A DNA stretch of 64,000 bases from NCBI GenBank assembly GCA_965645245.1, contig OZ287072.1, positions 1,922,001 to 1,986,000 of the forward strand, written 5' to 3'. The first letter of the stretch is position 1. Each line of letters opens with the position of its first letter. The translations under genes were made by a program, and so were the position numbers. Below the pieces are notes generated by a model that made no database searches, was not told where the DNA came from, and worked only from the letters and a program-made list of their open reading frames with translations. This document shows positions 27,916 through 36,622 of the stretch, one piece after another. Source of the DNA: Massalongia carnosa. Taxonomy: Eukaryota.

Positions 27916-30046
27916 GGGACACGAAATCTCTCTCCATATTGCAGTACAATGTCAGAAATGACAGAGTGAGTACAATGTTACCCCTCTTAGCCGATCCGAA
28001 CACTCAAGACTATGACATTATCGCAATTCAGGAACCCTGGCGCAATCCATCTATTTCTACCACGTTAAGCTCTCATCAAAGTGGGTTTCATTTATTATAT
28101 CGCCCAAATGGAGACACCAGAGTGTGTTTCTACATAAATGATACTATTGACCCTGATAGCTGGGAAGTAGAGTATCCGTCGGCCGACATGTGCACCCTAA
28201 AAATTCGAATGAAAATTGGAAACACATCAGACGTGATCCACATCCACAATGTGTATAATCCCTCTCCCATTTCCTATTCTTCTATAGACAGCCCGTCCAC
28301 GCTAGCAACAGTGAAACGCCAATTAATTGCAGAGACAAAACACATTTTACTAGGCGACTTCAACCTACATCATCCATTGTGGAATCATTCGTCGAGGCCT
28401 ACTCAACATGCGGAGTCGGAACAATTACTGAACATAAAAGAAGAGGCAAATCTATCACTAACACTTCCAAAAGGCACCATTACATGGGAGGCTAGACAAT
28501 CGTCTAGCACAATCAATCTTGTATTCATGTCAGAAGAATTAACGGATAGACTAGAACATTGCATGTCAAGACCGGAACTCAATCAGTCGTCCGATCACAT
28601 TCCGATCTCCACCCGAATTGCGCTGAACAGTGAGGTTCAAACAATCAGAGAACGCAGGGCCTGGAAACTGACGAACATGAGAAAACTGAGAGAAGCGGAA
28701 AAGAGGGCGCCCCCCCCGAAGACCCCCCCGATCCCCCGCCGAAATCGATGCTTACACTGTGTCAATTCAAAAATTTCTTCAAGAAGTGATAAAAACCTCT
28801 GTACCTTGGGCTAGACCCAGTAAGTACGCCAAACCCTTTTGGAATGATGAATGCAGTGTTATCACGAAAGAAACTCGTAGGCTCAGACGTGTCTGGTCCA
28901 ATTCCAGAGACATTTCTGATTGGATAACATACACAAAATCCAATCACAGAAAACAAAAAATCATTCAAAAGGCTAAAAGACTGTCGTTCCGCAAGGAAAT
29001 AGAAAAAGCCACCGAATCGCCTACTGGTCTCTGGCGACTAGCCAAATGGGCGAAAGACAAAAGTGACCAGACAAGAGAAATTCCCAAAATGCCCAATCTC
29101 GTTCGAGACGACCAAGTAGCAGAGACGTTCGAGGAGAAATCGGACATACTAAAACAGAAATTCTTTCCACCCGCCCCTCCGGCCGACCTCAGCGACATAG
29201 AGGGTTCATTTTACCCAGCCCGCCACAATGTCCAATGATCATAACCAAACTAGAGGTGATGGAAGCCATACGCCGACTCAAGCCCGATACGGCCCCGGGT
29301 CCGGACGGAATAGCCAACAGAATTGTAAAGGCATGCTCGGAAAAGCTAGTCGAATTACTCACCCCACTGTTTCAAGCATGCGTAGAACAAGCATATCATC
29401 CTCGTGCATTCAAAACCGCCAACACAATCACGCTCAAGAAAACAGGCAAGGATGACTATTCGGCCCCGAACGCCTATCGACCCATAGCACTCCTAAACAC
29501 GCTTGGAAAAGTAATGGAATCCATCATGTCACAAAAAATAACCCATCTAGCGGAAACCCACCGACTCCTGCCGACACCCAGATGGGCGCCAGACGAGGAA
29601 GATCAACCGAATCTGCACTAGAATTGTTGACTGAACAAATTCATACAGTGTGGGGCCAAGGCACAGACAAAGTAGCCACATTATTGAGCATGGACGTAGC
29701 AGGAGCCTATGACACAGTGACACATCGAAGACTGATTCACAATCTTCGCAAAAGGAAAATCCCAAAATGGATCACTGACTGGGTGAACAGTTTTCTGAAT
29801 GAAAGAACCACTACCCTGGCGATTCACAGCCGAGTCACGGGCATAGATAGATAGATAGATAGATATATTCTTACGCCGATATGTCACCGGCCGAAGGCCG
29901 GCCCATGCGGGATGGACTACTATGCTACAGGAAAACCTTTAATAGGAATAAAAACCCATTGCCAACGCTGCGCGTACGAGGTCCCAACGACCTCCAGCTG
30001 TGCTGCTCGTGTGCTTTTTCGATGAGTCCCTTGAATGAAAAGAAAA

Positions 30047-31860
30047 TTATTGCTTGTATAGCAAGCTTGCCGATAAAGAAAATTGCGCCAAAACGCCAGC
30101 TTCGATAATCCATCTCGTTACCTGTTTCAATGTTTTGGATGTTTCGATTATCGTACGATACTCGTTGGTATTTATACGCCGAAACAGCTCTTGTCTTCCC
30201 GTCATTAATGGGCAGTGCATGATTACGTGTTTGGCCGTTTGCTGGGGCCAACCACAGCTGCAGGCCGCCGTCGTCACGTTGGGAACTCGTCGTTTAAATA
30301 AAAAACTTGCCAGACCTATTTTTTCCGTGCGAATTTGGGTAGCTAACGCGCTTTCCGCTTTTGCCAGATTGTCGTGTATTTTGATTCTTCCTTTGGTTAA
30401 GGAAGCGCGCTGTGCTTCGGTGGGAAAGGGTACGCGATCTTGATATGCTTTCCAGGTTGTCTGCCATTTCGTTTTGTAATGCGCTTTTGTGGCTTGCGTG
30501 TGAGCGCTGCGACTCATCCTTACTGCATTGGCTGTGAGCATGTGTTGCTCCGTAGGCGTGATCCAGGGTGGGCGCGGCGTTGGGGCTGCGGTGGGTATGG
30601 CGCTGATCACTGTGTTTTTGGCCCATTCGTGCTTGAGCATTCCTGGGGTCGGTTTCGGCGATCTTTTCTTGCCCGCTTTTCCGCGCAACTTGCGTTCTAT
30701 CTCCTTGCAGAAAGACGAGATGAGTCTCGTTTGCCCGGCGGTTCGTTGGCGATATCTCGCTTTGACTTGTAATTCTTCCAAATGCGATTCTATAGACGTC
30801 ACGTGCGTTTCGGTTTCCAATACTGGAATCGGGGTGGCCCGAAATGCACCCGTTATTGTTCGCAAGCACTTGTTTTGCATGACCGCCAGCTTGCTCGTCG
30901 CGGCTTTGCTTTTCCCTATTTCTTTCGGTGTGTGCCATACGGCGGATGCGTAGGTCATTGCCGGACGAACGACCGCAATATAAACCTGTCTGGCCTTCGA
31001 GAACGAGGCTCCCCATGTGGACGCGGAGATCCTGGTCAGTGCACCCGATTGTTTCGTCATTTTTTCTTGAGTTTTCCGTATATGGGCTCCCCATCTCAGT
31101 TTGGTGTCGATTTGTAGACCCAGCACCCTGATATCCGGTTTGGGTTCGATCGTTTTTGTGCTTATCCTGATGGTGGCCGTCATGTCGAATTTTTTCGGAT
31201 TTCTGGACAGATGAATAAGCTCGTATTTGCTCGGGGCAAACACGGAGCCGTGGCGTAAGGACCATCTCTCGCATTCCTTGTGAATTCTTTCTAGCGTTCT
31301 GCAGTTTTCCTCGGTGCTTTTGCCGTATGCCAGAACGTTGACGTCGTCTACGAAGCCCAGTGAGCTTGTATTCGTGCCTGGTCTTTGACATATTTCCAGC
31401 AGGTCTGCGTTGTAGAATAAATATAGAATCGGGGAAATGGGAGAGCCCTGGGGGATCCCTGTTCTCACATCGAATACATCGGTGGTGCGTCGTTGGATCG
31501 TAAGCGTTGTCCTTCTTTCGCTCAAGAAGCTCTCGGTCCAATCGGTAATCCATTTGGGAAATCTTTCTCTTTCGCAGATTGTGTATCAATCTTTGGTGAG
31601 ATACGGTATCGAACGCTCCTGCTACGTCCATGCTGAGCAGTGTTGCCACCTTGTCGTTGCCCTGGCCCCAGACCGTGTGCACCTGTTCCGTGAGAAGTTC
31701 CAGTGCCGATTCGGTGGATCTTCCTCTACGAGCCCCCATCTGCATGTCGGGTAGCAGGTTGTTGCTCTCGGCCATGTGGGTGATTCTTCTTGCGATCACT
31801 GCTTCTAGTACCTTGCCCATTGTGTTCAATAACGCTATCGGTCGATAGGCTTTCGGGGCT
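30047..31860 (-). pseudogene. LINE B ORF2, C-terminal half (RT + CCHC), 5'-truncated, one frameshift near 31560
   Basis: PKAYRPIALLNTMGK, DVAGAFD, GIPQGSPISP, GFVDD, CSCGW...HVIMHC. Related to, but clearly diverged from, LINE A ORF2. Confidence 0.92.
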
Positions 31861-32837
31861 AAGAATGATAAAATAGAGTTGACATCTCCTTCGTGAAGTC
31901 TCTATCCCAGTTTTCGTTCATCTCACTGGTGCGTTTTACGGCCCAAGACTATTGATGAATTCTACGATTGGGGTGAACGACGTCCCTTTCGCCCAGGTCA
32001 AACCCAGTTTACTCCTTAAGCATATATCAAGGGCGAGTCTAGCCGTAGCCCATGCGCCGGCGAACCAACGGGGTCTCGTTACGAGCGAGATAGACATTCC
32101 CTGCTCTATATACACCGACATGCGCATACTGTCCTCTCGGGCTATGCAGACGGTCTCCGTACGGTGGCCGCCATTGCATACCACGCCTCACGGGTTTTTT
32201 ACGCCCACTTCGCGTTACTCATAAAGGTCTCCCGTTTATGAACCGACCATGTCTCGCAGGGGTTTCGACCACTATGCTCCTGACCAGGCAGTATAGTATC
32301 GATTTTCCGTCCCTACTAACCAAAACGAGTCGAGGACAACTCGGAGGGGTGCTCGTTTGAAATTCGTCTATTAGCTCAGGGCCTAGACTGTTATCAATTA
32401 ACGGGTTCCTCGTATATTGCCCTCTTCTTGTCCCAAGGGTGTCCTATTTGATGACTAGGTTGCCTCCACCATCCCCGGTACGACTCCGGTTCGGGCCGTG
32501 TTGCTCACGGTAGCCATCAATTGGATGGTTTTCATAACCCAAATCCCTTGTATCGTGTAGGGTGTGACCCTACACTATGTGTCTATATGTTTTATTTCTT
32601 TCAGCCGGAGGGCTCCGTGTTGTAGACGAAGGAGACCCGTGTGATAGACATAGCTGACCCGTGTCGTACGTCTTTAGCTCTCAGCCGATGACTGCATGAA
32701 AGGACTTGAACCTTTAAGAGTATGACCGAACGTTGTTAACGAGGTCTATGAAAATCTTATTAACGAGGTCTTCGAGAACAATATTAACGAAGTTCCGCTG
32801 AACTCTTTTCATTCGTTTTGTGATCCATCGAGGTCTA

Positions 32838-33024
32838 CCCGTGTCAAATCCACACCATGCCCGTGTCAAATCCACACCATGCCCGTGTCAAATCCACACC
32901 ATGCCCGTGTCAAATCCACACCATGCCCGTGTCAAATCCACACCATGCCCGTGTCAAATCCACACCATGCCCGTGTCAAATCCACACCATGCCCGTGTCA
33001 AATCCACACCATGCCCGTGTCAAA
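32838..33024. repeat. Perfect 22-bp tandem array CCCGTGTCAAATCCACACCATG x8.5
   Basis: Direct reading, period 22. Confidence 0.95.
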
Positions 33025-33155
33025 ATATATTATTTTCAGCTGATGACTGCTAGAAAGGCCTTGAACCTCTAAAAATATGTACTCCGATATTAACGGGGTG
33101 CAGATCTGTCTTAACGAGTCCCCGCAGAACCCCCTTCACAGGGACGTGTTATTGA

Positions 33156-33292
33156 TTTGTGACTGTGTTTTTTGTGACTGTGTGTTTTGTGACTGTGTGT
33201 TTGTGACTGTATGTTTGTGACTGTGTGCTTTGTGACTGTGTGCTTTGTACAACGTGTGATTGATGACTATGTGTTTTGTGACTCTGTGTTTT
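33156..33292. repeat. Degenerate 15-16 bp array, TTTGTGACTGTGTG-like, ~9 units
   Basis: Direct reading. Confidence 0.9.
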
Positions 33293-33732
33293 CCTCGATT
33301 TTATTTAATAGGCCGGGCCTATTAAATGGGATATTGTTATTCTGCTCCGAGATGGAGTTTTCTTGAGGTGACAGCATTCGCCCCGGTGCCTTTACGCGTT
33401 CTGTTGATCCCAGCTGATGACTGCATGGGGAGACTTGAACTCTCAGGAGCTAGAACGCGTGTCGACTGTGCCCGGGTGGGGGATGATGCGGCTCCTTTGG
33501 TCCACATCTTCTTCCAGCTGATGACTGCATGAAGGGACTTGAACCCTTAGAAGCATGGTGCAGGGACGCGCGCATTCTACCCCCCGGCGGTTGGCCTTCG
33601 TATCCTCTTCCGTACGTACGTCTGCGACGCGTGTGAACGCGTTAAATTAGCATTGTTTTGATGCGAAGAGATAGGAGCAAATCTATATGTTTGACGGTCG
33701 CCCCACGGTGAGGCCTTTGGCGTCTCCGTGGT

Positions 33733-33972
33733 GAGGACCGATGGTGTAGAAGGAGGAGGACCGATGGTGTAGAAGGAGGAGGACCGATGGTGTAGAAGGA
33801 GGAGGACCGATGGTGTAGAAGGAGGAGGACCGATGGTGTAGAAGGAGGAGGACCGATGGTGTAGAAGGAGGAGGACCGATGGTGTAGAAGGAGGAGGACC
33901 GATGGTGTAGAAGGAGGAGGACCGATGGTGTAGAAGGAGGAGGACCGATGGTGTAGAAGGAGGAGGACCGAT
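33733..33972. repeat. Perfect 23-bp tandem array GAGGACCGATGGTGTAGAAGGAG x10 plus 10 bp
   Basis: Direct reading; abuts the right TSD. Confidence 0.95.
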
Positions 33973-35806
33973 CCGAGTCACGGGCATATTCGATGTAAAA
34001 ACCGGAATCCCACAAGGCTCCCCCATTTCTCCTGTTCTTTATCTGTTCTACAATGCAGACCTACTAGACATATGTGAAAGACCAGGCAGCAACACGAGTG
34101 CTCTAGGCTTCGTAGATGACATCAATGTGCTAGCATACGGAAAAAGCACCGAAGAAAATTGCAAGACGCTAGAGGTAATTCACAAAAAATGTGAAAAATG
34201 GGCAGGTCGACATGGTTCAGTCTTCGCTCCGAAGAAATACGAATTGATACATCTGTCAAGAAATCCGAAGAAATTCAACATGTTCACTGTTATTCAAATA
34301 GGAAATAACATCATAAAACCAAAGACAGACATCGGAATTCTAGGACTTCAAATCGATTCAAAATTGAAATGGGGTGCTCACACAAGGAAAATCCAGGAAA
34401 AAATGACAAAACTATCCAGGGCATTGACAAAAATATCCACCTCCACATGGGGCGCCACTCTTCTAAAGGCACGTCAGGTTTACACCGCCGTAGTCCGGCC
34501 GGCCATGACGTACGGCTCCACCATTTGGCACATGCCAAAAGAAATTCAAAAATCAAACGTCATCTCAAACAAATTGGCTGTCATACAAAACAAATGTCTA
34601 AGAAACATAGCCGGAGCCTTCAAAGCAACGCCCATAGCTATACTAGAAGCAGAGACATTTATAGCCTCAATTGACATACATTTAGATCAACTACAGGCCC
34701 AGACCAGACAACGCCTGTGTCGAAATGGCCAAAAGAGTTTCACCACAAATGCATGCAACAAAATAGCCAATAAACTTCGAGGTCGGGCAGGCCGCAAGAG
34801 GGCCCCAGTCATCACTCCAGGAACGCTGAAATACGCCTGGGCCAAGAGAATCACACCGGAGGCACATAACCCTCCAACACCAACACCAAATCCACCATGG
34901 GCCGAATCCCCCCCGAATCTCACCCGAGAAATAGGGGAGGCACGCGCCGCTCATAACAAAATAACTGCTCAAATCAAAAAACGACACACAGTTGCATGGC
35001 AGGCCTCGTGGAGATCATATCAGGAACGCACACCCGTTCCCACCCCGGCACAATCAGGTTCACTCTCCAAAAAACGCATCAAATTGCACGAAACTCTAGC
35101 CAAAGCGGAGAGCGCGCTGGCCATTCAGATACGCTCAGAAAAGATAGGCCTAGCCGCCTTCCTACATAGACACCGAGTCCCAGACGTCTCGTCCCCGAAC
35201 TGCTCATGCGGCTGGCACAAACAGACCGCAAAACATGTGATCATGTTTTGCAAACTCAACGACAACAGAAAAACTCTGCTAAATACGATAGGCACAAACA
35301 ACTATCGATTAATCACTGAGTCATCTAAAGCAATGAAATTAGTCACAAAGTGCCTAATGAAGACAGGTTTGTTGTCACAATTTTCGCTGACAGCATAGCA
35401 TCTATACTGCTAACAGTAGGCATGCTTTGTTTCATTTTTCATACTTGTCTTAGGTCAAAGGTTTTTTCATGGAGCACACGGCTGGGACCCGGAGGGTCCT
35501 CGGTCGGACACAGGATTGCATGGTTTTTCTTCCTCAAAAGGTTTTCCATGTACTATAAAACTAGATAGACTCGCCCGCATGTACCGGCCTTCGGCCGGTA
35601 CCACATCGGAATAAGAATAATCATCATCATCATATGACACCTCGCTATAACGAACGTCACCAAAAATCTGAAAATAATTTTCGTTATATCGTTATGGAGG
35701 GTTTTTCGTTATAGCGAGGGTTTTACCATATAACTACAAAAAATCCGAGAAATAAATTCGTTATACGGAACTTCCCTATAGCGGGGTTCGACTGTATATC
35801 ATATTG

Positions 35807-36622
35807 TTAAAAAAACGGTTCGACAACCCGATCCTGCATAAGATGATATATACAAGATATTCCCGGTTGCTGTGCTAGACTGGACTGATCAACAACTTAG
35901 CCTATCGCGTCATGGATCTGCTTATTGCTGCGTCAAGCTACTTACGAAATGGGCTACACAACAAAAGTCCTGGAAATATCCGCAAGGAGGCCGATAGTCT
36001 TACATATAGGGTTATTTATGCGGCCGATGGGGAATGGTTGCGCATCAGGATGGGACATACAAGGATAGCACCAATCCACTTGAAGGAACTCTACGATGCC
36101 AAAAATATCAACTTGATCACCCAGAGGTCCATCGCAGCAGACACGTATAGGATACTCCAGATTCGTGCAACCATCATTATCCTTAGGTTGGTCAGAGAAG
36201 TTCGGTATAGAAATTGGGGAAGGCGAAGGCGACGGCGACGGTGAAGGATCTAGAAAGAAATTTCGAAGATCTGGGAGAACGGGCGCCTTGATTCTTGCTG
36301 GGCATGCTGTTTCGTCCCACTCCGATTCGTCCCGACTGCGCAGTTTGCCGTTTGGTAGAAAACTGGCACAAGAGTCTTTCGCTTCCGCCGCATTGGCTAA
36401 GGGGGCCGGGGTGCCTTGATCTGATGTGAAGCCTTCCAAGTGAGCTGTTTTTGGGATATTCTTATCAGCTAGATTGGAAGCGATAAGATTCGTTTTCCGG
36501 TCCGCGGGAATTTCGCTTGAGGCAAGAGTGCCTATCGGCGACATACGCGGGTCTATTGGTGTCAAGGAACTTACTGCGGTCGTTAATATTGGGATAAAAG
36601 AAAAGTAGGTCAGAATAAGCAT
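35807..36622 (-). CDS. Small secreted cysteine-rich protein, 3 exons
   Basis: Signal peptide MLILTYFSFIPILTTAVSS. Exon 1 ends ...RVCCDGP...DWCYP; GT-AG introns give exon 2 YYRPPCGYFQDFCCVAHF and exon 3 SSLAQQPGISCIYHLMQDRVVEPFF-stop. Confidence 0.65.

Larger units (their letters stand above)
29846..33972. mobile_element. Chimeric retro-insertion: 5'-truncated LINE B on - (29846-~31860) fused to a ~2.1 kb non-coding structured segment (~31861-33972)
   Basis: Perfect 16-bp TSD CCGAGTCACGGGCATA at 29830-29845 and 33973-33988; (TATC)n tail at 29846-29865. Confidence 0.9.
31861..33972. ncRNA. Candidate structured non-coding RNA of unknown identity
   Basis: No credible ORF; many hairpins; four copies of a covarying motif; three tandem arrays; co-inserted with LINE B inside one TSD. 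Confidence 0.55.
27912..35398 (+). pseudogene. LINE A ORF2 (endonuclease-reverse transcriptase), frameshifted and split by an insertion
   Basis: QYNV, IQEPW, LGDFNLHH, SSDH (APE); APGPDG, YRPIALLNTLGK, DVAGAYD; resumes after 33988 with GIPQGSPISP, GFVDD and CSCG...HVIMFC. Frameshifts near 28740, 29225 and 29575. Confidence 0.92.
26429..35631 (+). mobile_element. Tad1-like LINE (LINE A), near full length, interrupted at 29845/33989
   Basis: ORF1 with CCHC knuckles, ORF2 with APE endonuclease + RT + C-terminal CCHC, 3' stem-loop and (ATC)n tail. Probable TSD ATATAACA (26421-26428) / ATATGACA (35632-35639). Confidence 0.92.
25084..35794 (-). mobile_element. CENP-B/pogo (Tigger-like) DNA transposon, degenerate, interrupted by a nested LINE
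   Basis: TIR CAGTCGAACCCCGC at 25084-25097 and inverted copy GCGGGGTTCGACTG at 35781-35794, each flanked by TA. Subterminal TTCGTTATA motifs at both ends. Confidence 0.88.

Noticed and set aside
33511..33600. Complete tRNA gene on - around GGTTCAAGTCC
   Set aside because: A T-arm is present, but I could not build an acceptor stem, D-arm and anticodon arm at correct spacing
31861..33740. Telomerase RNA, group I/II intron or SECIS identity for the non-coding segment
   Set aside because: No CTAACCCTAA-type template on either strand, no convincing group II domain V or group I core, and no SECIS helix after AUGA
32838..33972. CRISPR-like arrays
   Set aside because: Units are head-to-tail with no unique spacers, the context is eukaryotic, and there are no cas genes
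32820..34026. ORFs 32820-33053, 32857-33072, 33577-34026 and 33683-34015 as proteins
   Set aside because: They are read-throughs of 22- and 23-bp repeats cycling through frames, with no coding signature
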